Assembly: GCA_963744665.1 (NCBI GenBank)
Contig: CAVUUM010000026.1
Span: forward strand, 97,270-161,269
Source: an uncultured delta proteobacterium
Lineage (GTDB): Bacteria; Desulfobacterota; Desulfobacteria; Desulfobacterales; B30-G6
Reading direction: 5' to 3'
DNA: 64,000 bases
Position 1 is the first letter of the stretch, and each line of letters opens with the position of its first letter. The notes beneath the pieces were generated by a model. The model searched no databases, had not been told where the DNA came from, and saw only the letters and a list, made by a program, of their open reading frames with translations. Of the stretch, positions 35,636-45,686 are shown in pieces. The translations under genes were made by a program, and so were the position numbers.

Positions 35636-37465
35636 ATGAACACAACAAACCCAATGAACTCAATCAACACCGAAGCTCAGACCGTACCGGCCGCATTTTT
35701 GACGGCTGTAAAAAATTGGGGTTCCCGAACTGCCATGCGTAAGAAGGAATTCGGACTCTGGCATGACATCAGCTGGAACGAATATTATGAAAATGTAAAG
35801 AATATTGCCTGCGCGCTGATGGCCCTGGGTCTCAAAAAAGGCGACTGTGCCGCCATTATCGGTGACAACAGCCCGGAATGGGTCTATGCCAGTGTCGGTA
35901 TTCAGTGCTGTGGCGCCGGGGCTGCCGGTGTTTACGCCACCAATGCCTGGCAGCAGGTGAAATATGTGGTATCCAATGCCGACGCCAAATTTCTCTTTGT
36001 CGAAAATGAAGAACAGCTGGACAAGTGGCTGCATTTTCGAGACAACGTGCCCGATTTAAAGAAGGTCATTGTCTGGGACACCGAAGGCCTGCGCCACTTT
36101 GACGATCCCATGGTCATGTCATTCGATGACCTGATGGCGTTGGGAGAAAAGGCCGCCCAGGAAAAACCGGACATGTTTCAAACCAGAATCAACCAGATCG
36201 ATCCCGAAGATCTGTCCGTCCTCATCTATACATCCGGGACCACCGGTCCTCCCAAGGGGGCCATGCTGTCACATCGCAACTGCGTCTGGATGGGAGGTGC
36301 CCTTACATCCAATAACCCTATGTTTGACGACGACGCCATTATGTCATTTCTACCCCTGTGTCATATTTTTGAACAGCTCTTTACCATTCTGGCTCACTTC
36401 CAGGTGGGTCATAAGGTCAATTTTATCGAGAGACCGGATACGGTCGTGGACAACATGATCGAAATTTCCCCCACCGTTGCACACGCGGTACCGCGAATAT
36501 GGGAAAAGTACTACTCCGCCATCATGATCCGCATGTCCGATGCCACCTGGTTCAAACGGCTTGTATTCGGGACTGCCATGAAAGTCGGTAAGAAACACGC
36601 CACCCTGGAAATGAATTTTGAACCGATTCCACTCTCTGTTAAATTTTTATTTGGGCTGGCTCACTTTGCCGTGTTCCGAAAACTCAAAGAACGCATGGGT
36701 TTCGACCGGATTCGAGTCGCCTACTCCGGTGCTGCCCCCATAGCGCCGGAAATCCTCCATTTTTTTCATGCCATCGGTGTGAACCTTGTGGAAGGCTATG
36801 GCCAGACCGAGGGTACCGGGGTCACCACCACTTCCGAAATCGGACACGTTAAATTTGGATCGGTGGGCATACCCCTGAAAGGGGTTGAAATCAAACTCGC
36901 CGATGACGGAGAAATACTCGTCAAATCACCGGGTGTGTTCATGGGCTATTTCAAGAACCCGGAAGCCACCGCTGAAACCATCGTGGATGGCTGGCTCCAT
37001 TCCGGAGACGTGGGGACCATTGACGAGGACGGGTTCCTGACCATCACGGACCGTAAAAAAGATATCATTGTCACGGCGGGTGGAAAGAATATTACCCCGC
37101 AGTATATCGAGAACAAACTCAAGGCGAGTCTCTATATCAACGATGCCGTGGTTATTGGAGACCGGCGCAAGTTCCTGTCCTGCCTGATTATCATCGATGA
37201 AGACAATGTCGTCAAGTTCGCCCAGGACCAGAAAGTTCAGTTTTCCACCTACAAGGATCTTACCCAGCACGAAGAGATCAACAAACTTATCGAAGGCGAA
37301 ATCAAGGCCGTCAATGAGTCTTTGTCCCGGGTGGAACAGGTCAAAAAGTTCACCATCCTGCCGAAAAAACTCTATGAAGAGGATGGTGAAGTTACCCCCA
37401 CCATGAAGGTCAAACGCAGTTTTATCAACAAAGCCTTTGGCGATCTCATCGAAGCCATGTACTAA
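35636..37465 (+). CDS. AMP-forming long-chain acyl-CoA synthetase
   Basis: 609-aa ORF with IYTSGTTGPPKGAMLSH, GYGQTE and GWLHSGD. Confidence 0.85.
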   Translation: MNTTNPMNSINTEAQTVPAAFLTAVKNWGSRTAMRKKEFGLWHDISWNEYYENVKNIACALMALGLKKGDCAAIIGDNSPEWVYASVGIQCCGAGAAGVYATNAWQQVKYVVSNADAKFLFVENEEQLDKWLHFRDNVPDLKKVIVWDTEGLRHFDDPMVMSFDDLMALGEKAAQEKPDMFQTRINQIDPEDLSVLIYTSGTTGPPKGAMLSHRNCVWMGGALTSNNPMFDDDAIMSFLPLCHIFEQLFTILAHFQVGHKVNFIERPDTVVDNMIEISPTVAHAVPRIWEKYYSAIMIRMSDATWFKRLVFGTAMKVGKKHATLEMNFEPIPLSVKFLFGLAHFAVFRKLKERMGFDRIRVAYSGAAPIAPEILHFFHAIGVNLVEGYGQTEGTGVTTTSEIGHVKFGSVGIPLKGVEIKLADDGEILVKSPGVFMGYFKNPEATAETIVDGWLHSGDVGTIDEDGFLTITDRKKDIIVTAGGKNITPQYIENKLKASLYINDAVVIGDRRKFLSCLIIIDEDNVVKFAQDQKVQFSTYKDLTQHEEINKLIEGEIKAVNESLSRVEQVKKFTILPKKLYEEDGEVTPTMKVKRSFINKAFGDLIEAMY

Positions 37466-37538
37466 TCCGGATTTTCCAGGTCCTGAAAAATCCGGATATG
37501 GATTACAATCTGAAACACAACTTTAGGGAGGTGCCATT

Positions 37539-38012
37539 ATGACCGTTGCCTATACCAGTTACCTGACAATAAAGAAGCACGCCGGGGCGCATCGAACAGC
37601 CCGTTTGAAAAACTTTGATGAGCCCATAAACTTTGGTATCCACGGCGGCATCAAGGATTTTTATCAGGAAAAGTACGGACGAAAACTTGAAGGACCGGAA
37701 TACCCGGCAACCCTCGACCATGTCGTTGCCGGCGTTGCCGGCTGACTGACGGGAACCCTTGCCGGTGCGCTGGATGCGCGCGGAATATCAGCAACTGAAA
37801 ATCTGGTGGCCCATGTCGAAGGCGATGTAGATGCTGTTGACGGAGTCCTGAGAATTACGAAGATACGAATAAAATATCAATTCGAGGCCCCCAAAGACCT
37901 TCTACAAAAGGCGGAAAGGGCCCTTCAGGTCTATGCGGACCTGTGTCCTGCCTACCAGTCCGTGAAGAATGGCATCGATTGCTCCTGGGATGCAGACATC
38001 GAGACAGTTTAA
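37539..38012 (+). CDS. OsmC/Ohr-family peroxiredoxin-like protein with in-frame UGA (candidate selenocysteine) at 37743..37745
   Basis: ORFs 37539..37745 and 37806..38012 share one frame. I read the gap without a further stop as ...LDHVVAGVAG-U-LTGTLAGALDARGISATENLVAHVEGDVD. The UGA falls where the OsmC family has its conserved Cys (A-x-C). The second family Cys is present (YADLCPAY). A hairpin lies 16 nt downstream, at 37762..37783. Confidence 0.65.
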
Positions 38013-38200
38013 CCTAAGTTGAGCGATTGCCGATCTTACCGCACCTACGGCGTCAGATGCCATACCGCATAGTTCACTATAGCAGAACAGCATCTTCCTT
38101 GTAGCAACGGCAACCTCGACAATCGTTTGACCTAAATATTTCATAATAATTTTCTAATCATCAGGAGCGTGATATATTCGGGTCAGGTTGGATATTTCAT

Positions 38201-38237
38201 AAAAAAATCCCTTGCAGCAAATACAAGGGATTTTTTT
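38201..38237. terminator. Bidirectional rho-independent terminator
   Basis: aaaaaaa-tcccttg-cagcaaata-caaggga-ttttttt is an 8-bp stem (atcccttg/caagggat) flanked by an A-run and a T-run. It lies between the convergent OsmC-like and IHF genes. Confidence 0.75.
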
Positions 38238-38302
38238 ATGTCACTTTAATTTATTTCAGACTGGGCCGGCATCCGCAATAAAAACTCCGGGCCGGTCAGA
38301 TG

Positions 38303-38581
38303 CTAGTTGATTCGGTCCCGCAGTTTACCTGAGCACTTAAAGGTCACAACTCTCCGCGGCGCCAGCATCAGATCGTCTCCGGTAGCGGGGTTCCGGCCTT
38401 TTCTCTCATTTTTATCACGGATACAAAACTTGCCGAATCCGCTGATGAGAACATCTTCGCCGGACTGAAGCGTACTTTTGATAATCTCTATGAGTGTTTC
38501 AATGATATCCGTACTCTGCTGCTTGGTTAAACCTTCATCGGCTTGAACCGTATTGATAATATCCGCTTTTGTAAGTGCCAT
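38303..38581 (-). CDS. Integration host factor / HU-family DNA-binding protein (IHF-alpha-like)
   Basis: 92-aa ORF with GFGKFCIRDKNERKGRNPATGDDLMLAPRRVVTFK. It ends in TAG. Confidence 0.85.
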   Translation of the reverse strand: MALTKADIINTVQADEGLTKQQSTDIIETLIEIIKSTLQSGEDVLISGFGKFCIRDKNERKGRNPATGDDLMLAPRRVVTFKCSGKLRDRIN

Positions 38582-38813
38582 CGTGAAAAATACTCCTATG
38601 TTTATATATCGTTTTTACAGGTACAGAAACTTATATATCAATTGTCAGTTTTAAATAATTATGTCAAGGGATTATATAATATATCTTCACTTTTTTTTAA
38701 TTTTTTGCACCATTTTGTCCTCCAATCACCCCACCCACATCATTGATTTGACAAAATCAGCGATTCATGCTCCAATAACTTTTCCGGTGAGCTAACATAA
38801 AAGGCACTCGAAC

Positions 38814-39131
38814 ATGGGTAAAAACCCCGAAAAAACAGGATCAAAAGATCGTAGACGTCATCCCCGTCAACCGTGTTCGCTAAAGGTCGGTTATGCAACC
38901 ATGGATCTCAGCTTCATCGACTTTATTACGGATATTAACTGCTGGGGTGTCTTTATTCAATCGGATAAAAAAGTCCCTGTCGGTGAATCGGTTAGTATGA
39001 CCATCCCCCTCCATGGGGAAGAACAATCCATCAAAGTCATCGGAGAAGTTATGTGGTCCAGCCCTCAGGGAATGGGCATCAAATTCAATATGGGCGTCAA
39101 TACTTCCGTTCTGAGCACACTGCTTGATTGA
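38814..39131 (+). CDS. PilZ-domain protein
   Basis: 105-aa ORF with RRHPRQP...DINCWGVFI (RxxxR and D/NxSxxG-like motifs). Confidence 0.55.
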   Translation: MGKNPEKTGSKDRRRHPRQPCSLKVGYATMDLSFIDFITDINCWGVFIQSDKKVPVGESVSMTIPLHGEEQSIKVIGEVMWSSPQGMGIKFNMGVNTSVLSTLLD

Positions 39132-39214
39132 CAGCATCAGCCGTTTTTTGATATAGCTACACCCGTTTATCACCGCATCCCCTTTTCATCCCCTCATGAA
39201 AGAATAGGTGGACT

Positions 39215-39352
39215 ATGTCGAGCCGGAAAAAGAAAGGTGTTTTCTCTGAGGAAATCATTGTCATCACCATCGGTATTGCCATTGTCTACTGGATCATCGA
39301 CTCGATTTTTTTGGTTTTTGCCCGGGAGATTGAAACCCTGAAGAACGTATAG
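39215..39352 (+). CDS. Possible 45-aa single-TM peptide
   Basis: AGGTGG lies 3 nt before the ATG. The sequence is MSSRKKKGVFSEEIIVITIGIAIVYWIIDSIFLVFAREIETLKNV and ends in TAG. It is below the ORF-track length cutoff. Confidence 0.3.
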   Translation: MSSRKKKGVFSEEIIVITIGIAIVYWIIDSIFLVFAREIETLKNV

Positions 39353-39436
39353 GTCTGGAATTCTCAAGCCCAACAACCTTAGATTGGGTTCAACGCTTTT
39401 GGAGATGCTTCATAGCAACAGAAAACAGCCTCACAA

Positions 39437-40675
39437 TCACCTTTTCAGCACCGTTGCAATACCGAGTCCGCCCCCACCGCAAATGGCTGCCAATCCATAT
39501 TCAATACCACCACGTTTCATCTCATGCAGAAGTGTCACCAGCACACGCGTCCCCGTACAGGCAATAGGATGCCCCAGAGATATCCCCGAGCCGTTGACAT
39601 TGATTTTTCCATACTCATCGCCGCCTATGCCCATGGCCTTTAAATCCGCCAGAACCTGGGCCGCAAATGCCTCCTGAATCTCGATGCATCCGATATGGTC
39701 CAGGGTCATCTTGGATGCTGCGAGAGCTTTCTTCACCGCAAGGGGTACCGTCAAATAAGCTCTCCGGGGATCCCCACCCGCCACCGCACAAGATTGGACA
39801 GACGCGAGGGGCTCAACACCGAGTTCCCGGGCCTTTTCTGCAGATGTCACCACCACGGCAGCTGCGCCATCGCTTTCTGTCGACGAATTCCCTGCCGTGC
39901 AGACCCCCCCCAGGACCGGTTTAAGACCTGCCAACTTCTCAATGGATGTATCCGGTCGAGGTGTTTCATCCGCATCAAACAGGACCACATCCCCTTTTTT
40001 ACCGGGTATCCCCACCGGGAGGATCTCGTCAGCAAATCTGCCGTCTGATACCGCAAATACCGCTTTACGGTGGCTCTCCAAAGACCACTGGTCACAGGCT
40101 TCCCTTGAAATGCCCTCTTCTTGCGCCGCTGTTTCCGCCCAGGACATCATGGATGGAAGAATTCCATAGCGGGCCTCTGGTTGAGACATGACCCGGGCCC
40201 GTTGGATGCGATCAAAAAACGGAAGACCCCAGATGGAAACATCTCCGTGGCCCTTTGGCATGCCCCCCTGGCCACCGATACCCCATTTGATGCCACCGGG
40301 GAGGTAAAATTCTGCATTGCTCATACTCTCCACACCGCCAGCCAGAACGATTTCCGCTTCATGGGATCGTATCAGAGACGCAGCATACCGAACGACCTCC
40401 AGGCCGGTACAGCATCGTCTGTCCAGGGTTACACCGGGAATATGATCCGGCCAGCCTGCCTGCAAAAGGGCCATCCTGGCGATATTGACATATTCGCCGT
40501 TCTGATAGGATTGCCCCATGATAACCTCGTCCACCTGGTCCGGGGAAAGGTTTGCCCTCTCCACAGCCGCATTTAAAACACCGGCAGCCAGGTCGTAAGC
40601 TTGAATATCCTTCAGGGTTCCCATATAACGCCCCACCGGCGTCCTGACGGCACTGATGATAACGACTTCTTTCAT
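39437..40675 (-). CDS. Acetyl-CoA acetyltransferase / thiolase
   Basis: 412-aa ORF with VIISAVRTPVG, CCTGLE and NGSGISLGHPIACTG. Confidence 0.85.
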   Translation of the reverse strand: MKEVVIISAVRTPVGRYMGTLKDIQAYDLAAGVLNAAVERANLSPDQVDEVIMGQSYQNGEYVNIARMALLQAGWPDHIPGVTLDRRCCTGLEVVRYAASLIRSHEAEIVLAGGVESMSNAEFYLPGGIKWGIGGQGGMPKGHGDVSIWGLPFFDRIQRARVMSQPEARYGILPSMMSWAETAAQEEGISREACDQWSLESHRKAVFAVSDGRFADEILPVGIPGKKGDVVLFDADETPRPDTSIEKLAGLKPVLGGVCTAGNSSTESDGAAAVVVTSAEKARELGVEPLASVQSCAVAGGDPRRAYLTVPLAVKKALAASKMTLDHIGCIEIQEAFAAQVLADLKAMGIGGDEYGKINVNGSGISLGHPIACTGTRVLVTLLHEMKRGGIEYGLAAICGGGGLGIATVLKR

Positions 40676-40900
40676 ATCTTTACCCCCAGATTAAATCGCA
40701 GAGCGATTTAATTTATGCTGCTTCGCAGCTTATTTTGTTACGTAAATCAAATAGAAGTGGTTTCAAAATCTTCAATCGTGCTCAAGGTCAAGGCGAGGTG
40801 ACTCGTTTAACCGCAGGAATACATATGGTATTTTGAGGATTGAACGTGTCACCTCAACACAGAGATTGAATTCGAGAGGAGTTTTTAAAACCACTTCCGG

Positions 40901-42688
40901 CTAAAAGGCCCTTTCCGGTATATCAACAACCTCCCGTCCCTCTCTCAGACAAGTGTCCATTTTAGCAAGGGTTCCGGGCAGTGTTTCATCGACAAAAAAA
41001 CGTGCCTGGAATACCTTGCCACGATAAAAATCATGTTTTCTGCCTTTTGGTCGGGAAGGGTCGTATGCGACCAGGGCCATGTCCAGCAACCGCCAGGCCA
41101 TGCCGATCTCGCCAAACACCATCAACATGGGATAAGACCTGGAAGCCCACTGAAGAGGGTCCTTCTTTTTCATGTCTGCCAATTTACCGGTGGTCTGTTT
41201 GAGCTGCTGCATCGCCTTTGCCAGTGCTTTGACCTGTTGCCCAAGACCGGGGTGATTCTCATGCGTCCGACAAAAAGATGTAATTTCCGTTTGAAAAGCG
41301 CCATAGCAAGCCCCTCCCCGAATGGTCATCTTACGACCCAAAAGATCCATGGCCTGGATGCCATTGGTGCCCTCGTAAAGAGACAGAATCTTGACATCCC
41401 GCAAGTATTGCTCCAGGGGGTAATCTTTACAGTATCCATATCCCCCCAGGCACTGAATGGCTGTCTCGCAAACCCTGAATCCCCATTCAGAGCAACAGGC
41501 CTTGATGATGGGTGTCATGAAATCCACAAGATTGGCATAGTGATCCTTCTCAGGACCCTGGGGGAGTTCCAAAGCAAAATCCTGCCAGAAAGCACAACTG
41601 TATATCATGGAACGCATGCCGTCCACGGTTCCCTTCATCCAAAGGAGCATGCGGCGAACATCAGGATGATCGATGATGGCGACATCACCTGTCTTAGTGC
41701 CCAGGATATCCCGGCCCTGTCTGCGCTGTGCTGTATATGCCAGTGCATTGAGATAGGCGGTACCGGCAATACCCATGCCACTGACACCCGTGTTGATCCT
41801 GGCCGAATTCATCATCTGGAACATGTGAGAGAGTCCTTTGTTCTCCCTGCCACACAGATAGCCGATGCATCCATCCCTGGCCCCGAAATTCAACACACAA
41901 GTAGGAGATGCATGCAAGCCCAGCTTTTCCTCCACACCGGTGCAAACGACATCATTGGGTCGGCCAAGACGGCCACCCTTCCCTACCCGTATCTTTGGCA
42001 CGACAAACAGCGAAATGCCTTCCACGCCTGGGGGAGCACCCTGAATTCGTGCCAAGGCAAGATGGATAATGTTTTCGGTCAGGTCATGATCGCCCCAGGA
42101 GATAAACACCTTTGTGCCCTTGATGCGGTATGCATCTCCGTCAGGTACAGCGGTTGTTTGAATCGCCGACAGATTCGATCCAGCCTCGGACTCGGTCAAA
42201 CACATGGTGCCGGCCCAGGCGCCCTTGAACATTTTCGGAACATACAAGCGCTTTAACGCATTGCTGCCGAAACTTTCGATCAAATGGGCAGCACCATGGG
42301 TGAGACTGGGTGCCATATTAAATGACTGGCAGGCACCATACATGAGGTCATTGATGATAATGCGCATCATATGCGGGAAACCCTGTCCGCCGTATTCCGT
42401 ATTCCTGGCCGCCGCGATCCACCCATCCTCACCATATTGTCTGAAGGCTTTTTGAAATTCTCTGGGGCAGGTAACGGAACCACCGCCAAAACCGACCCCC
42501 CTGGCTTCACCGATCTCCTGGAGGGGCGCCACAACACCCCTGGCAAAACTGATGGCTTCGGTTACCAGCATGTCAAAAGTAGGCTCGTTCAGATCTTTGT
42601 AACGGTCCAGCCGACACAGGGAACCGTATGACAATTGCTCTTTGAGGATGAAAAAAAGGTCTTTGGAATTAACTTTAAAATGATCCAT
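40901..42688 (-). CDS. Long-form acyl-CoA dehydrogenase
   Basis: ORF 40901..42772. The likely start is MDHFKVNSKDLFFILKEQL at 42688. It has TESEAGSNL and LGGYGY motifs. It ends in TAG. Confidence 0.8.
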   Translation of the reverse strand: MDHFKVNSKDLFFILKEQLSYGSLCRLDRYKDLNEPTFDMLVTEAISFARGVVAPLQEIGEARGVGFGGGSVTCPREFQKAFRQYGEDGWIAAARNTEYGGQGFPHMMRIIINDLMYGACQSFNMAPSLTHGAAHLIESFGSNALKRLYVPKMFKGAWAGTMCLTESEAGSNLSAIQTTAVPDGDAYRIKGTKVFISWGDHDLTENIIHLALARIQGAPPGVEGISLFVVPKIRVGKGGRLGRPNDVVCTGVEEKLGLHASPTCVLNFGARDGCIGYLCGRENKGLSHMFQMMNSARINTGVSGMGIAGTAYLNALAYTAQRRQGRDILGTKTGDVAIIDHPDVRRMLLWMKGTVDGMRSMIYSCAFWQDFALELPQGPEKDHYANLVDFMTPIIKACCSEWGFRVCETAIQCLGGYGYCKDYPLEQYLRDVKILSLYEGTNGIQAMDLLGRKMTIRGGACYGAFQTEITSFCRTHENHPGLGQQVKALAKAMQQLKQTTGKLADMKKKDPLQWASRSYPMLMVFGEIGMAWRLLDMALVAYDPSRPKGRKHDFYRGKVFQARFFVDETLPGTLAKMDTCLREGREVVDIPERAF

Positions 42689-43109
42689 TATAAATTCGCT
42701 CCACGAATTTATTCGGCCGGTTGGTGGCCGCTGCAATGTCCGTAATGGGAATTGCGGATGTGTTGCTTGCAAACAGGGTTCCCGGGCTGCAGATCCCGTC
42801 CAACAGTCGGAAAATTTCCTGCTTCAATTCACATTGTTCAAAAACAGCCTCTATCACCAGGTCGACATCTTTGCCCGTTGGAAGGTCTTGAATCGTCTTT
42901 ATACGACCGATAATGGTTGAGCTGGTTTCACCTAGCGTTCCTTTCTCAATCAATTGTCCCACGGACCATTCAATGTTTTTGACCGCCTTTTTCAAGGCCT
43001 CATCGGAAACCTCATATAACAGAACATCACGTCCTGCCTGTGCACTCACCTGCGCGATGCCACTCCCCATGAGACCCGATCCCACAACCATGATTTTCTG
43101 GATATCCAT
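42675..43109 (-). pseudogene. 3-hydroxyacyl-CoA dehydrogenase, NAD-binding N-terminal half only (truncated)
   Basis: MDIQKIMVVGSGLMGSGIAQV...ASNTSAIPITDIAAATNRPNKF reads as expected, then ends after ERIYNGSF. The whole C-terminal dimerisation domain is missing. The stop overlaps the start of the acyl-CoA dehydrogenase. AAGGAG precedes the ATG at 43109. Confidence 0.55.
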
Positions 43110-43409
43110 GATTGTCTCTCCTTTCATTCATTGGTTTTGTCCTGCCAACAGAATCATAGTTTACACATCTTTTCAAGAAGTTGCGGTTTTTAGTAGTTCA
43201 AAAAAACTTTTTATGCTAATAAATTTGTTGTACAAATTTATGAATCGCGACGTTTCCGCTTCAAGCGTTGTTCTAATCTATCTTGCAAAGTAATTGGTGC
43301 GCAGGGCTTCAGCCCTGCCATAACGGGTTTCGGGCAGCGCTGAAACGCTGCGCTACAACCTTGATACAACATTGTTGAGAAGCTAATATATCAACGGGGA
43401 GATTCTGTC

Positions 43410-45572
43410 ATGAAAGATAATATTGATATCTGGCGTGACGAAAATGGGGTTCCTCATGTTGAGGCTGACAACCTGGCAGATCTCTATTGGGGTCAGGGCT
43501 ACGTTCACGCTACCGACCGGGGTCTGCAGATGCTGCTCATGCGCATCCTTGGCCAGGGAAGGCTTTGCGAACTGATCGACGACAGCGATGCATCGCTGGC
43601 AATCGACGTCTTTTTCAGAAAAATGAACTGGTGCGGGCATGTAAAAGATGCTGTCAATGCCTTACCGGAAGAAACCCAGCAGCTTGTTGCATCCTATGCC
43701 CATGGCATTTCAACCGCATTTGCCCAAAGATACCCCTGGGAACTCAAACTGCTCGGATACACACCCGAGCCATGGAAAGCAGAGGATATCATTACCCTGA
43801 CCCGTATGGTGGGATATCTGACCTTAAGCCAATCCCAGGCTGAAATAGAGCGTCTACTCATGGAAATGATCCAGGCAGGTGTCTCGCAGGCGCATCTCGA
43901 AGAACTCTTTCCGGGACATCTGGGCGGTCTTGATATGGATCTTTTGAAGAAAGTCTCTCTGCAGGAACGGGTGGTCCCACCGGATGTCTTGTGGCAAACC
44001 GCGGCACCACGTATGATGGCCTCCAATAACTGGGTCATTTCCGGTGTCAAAACTGTCTCCGGAAAACCGATCCTGTCCAACGATCCTCATCTGGAAGTCA
44101 ACCGGCTTCCCAACATCTGGTGTGAAATTGTTCTCAAAATCAAAGATCAATTTGCCATGGGTGCCACCATGCCAGGTTTCCCTGGTATACTCACCGGCCG
44201 CACCCGGAATATTGCCTGGGGCGTTACCTATGCCTTTATCGACGCCATCGATTCATGGGTCGAAAAGTGCAAAGACGGTCAGTATTATCGCGAGGAAGGT
44301 GATCAATGGATACCCTTTTCCCAACGCAGGGAAACGATTCTGCGAAAAAAGAATCCTCCTCAAGAAGTGATCTTCTATGAAAATGACCACGGCGTCCTGG
44401 ATGGTGACCCTGAAACAGAAGGATACTACCTGACCACCCGCTGGTCGGCAGACAAATCCGGAGCGGTTTCTCTGGAGCACTATCTGCACATGTGGCATGT
44501 GGCCACCGTACAGGAGGCCATGGATACACTTGGCAGGCAGGAGAGCGCGTGGAGTTTTGTTTTTGCCGACATCAACGGTGACATCGGATTCCAGATGTCG
44601 GGTCTTGTGCCAGTGCGGCGGGAGGGCGTCAGCGGTCTGGTGCCGCTGCCAGGCTGGGACAAGGCCAATGACTGGCGGGGATTTGTGAGTCATGAAGACC
44701 TGCCACGGGCATTGAACCCTGACCAGGGTTTTTTTGCAACAGCCAATCATGACCTGAATGCCTTCGGCAAGGTGGCACCTATCAATATGCCCATGGGCTC
44801 GTACCGTGCAGACCGTATCAACGATCTCCTTGCACAGCGAGATGATTTTGTGACTGAAAATATGTTCGAGATGCAATTCGATCTCTTTTCCAGACAGGCA
44901 GAAGCCTACATGGCCATCCTCAAACCACTCCTTCCCGACACAGAACAAGGACGGATATTGAGGGAATGGGACCTTTGTTATGACCGGGACTCCCAGGGGG
45001 CCTTCCTCTTTGAAGCTTTCTACCGAAAACTCATCTCGGAAACCTTTGGGAAAAATGGATTCGGCAAGGATGTGTGCCAGCACCTGTCCGACGAGACAGG
45101 CGTCTTTATCGATTTCTACCAGAATTTTGACCGGATCTTGTTATCTGAAACCTCTGTGTGGTTTGGCGGGGAAAGCAGAGAATCACTCTATGAGCGTACT
45201 GCCCAAAAAGCCCTGGACATCCCCGTGGAACCATGGGGAAAATCACGGAATTTCATAATGCGTCATCTGGTGTTCGGAGGAAAACTTCCCGCTTTTCTGG
45301 GGTTCGACCGGGGGCCAATTACGGGAATCGGTGGTCGTGCAACGATTCACCAGGGTCAGATCTACCGCAGCGACAACCGGGATACGACCTTCTTTCCGTC
45401 ATATCGGATCGTGTCTGATCTTTCCAATGATGACTGTCGTTCCAATTTGGCCGGGGGACCGTCTGATCGGCGTTTTTCAAAATGGTATGTTTCCGATCTT
45501 GAAAACTGGCAGAAGGGGGAATATAAAACCCTCAGCATCAACGATAATCGGAAAAGATTACCATTCAAGTAA
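43410..45572 (+). CDS. Penicillin/AHL-acylase-family Ntn hydrolase
   Basis: 720-aa ORF. Family motifs include DRGLQM and the nucleophile context MASNNWVISG. Confidence 0.8.
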   Translation: MKDNIDIWRDENGVPHVEADNLADLYWGQGYVHATDRGLQMLLMRILGQGRLCELIDDSDASLAIDVFFRKMNWCGHVKDAVNALPEETQQLVASYAHGISTAFAQRYPWELKLLGYTPEPWKAEDIITLTRMVGYLTLSQSQAEIERLLMEMIQAGVSQAHLEELFPGHLGGLDMDLLKKVSLQERVVPPDVLWQTAAPRMMASNNWVISGVKTVSGKPILSNDPHLEVNRLPNIWCEIVLKIKDQFAMGATMPGFPGILTGRTRNIAWGVTYAFIDAIDSWVEKCKDGQYYREEGDQWIPFSQRRETILRKKNPPQEVIFYENDHGVLDGDPETEGYYLTTRWSADKSGAVSLEHYLHMWHVATVQEAMDTLGRQESAWSFVFADINGDIGFQMSGLVPVRREGVSGLVPLPGWDKANDWRGFVSHEDLPRALNPDQGFFATANHDLNAFGKVAPINMPMGSYRADRINDLLAQRDDFVTENMFEMQFDLFSRQAEAYMAILKPLLPDTEQGRILREWDLCYDRDSQGAFLFEAFYRKLISETFGKNGFGKDVCQHLSDETGVFIDFYQNFDRILLSETSVWFGGESRESLYERTAQKALDIPVEPWGKSRNFIMRHLVFGGKLPAFLGFDRGPITGIGGRATIHQGQIYRSDNRDTTFFPSYRIVSDLSNDDCRSNLAGGPSDRRFSKWYVSDLENWQKGEYKTLSINDNRKRLPFK

Positions 45573-45686
45573 ACCTTTTTTGGTGATGACGCCGGTCTGG
45601 TTTCAACCACATTTTTAACCACAACCTATCAACACCAAACAATTGAGACCCTGTTTTTTCAGAAACAGGATTAAGGAATCAGGGAT

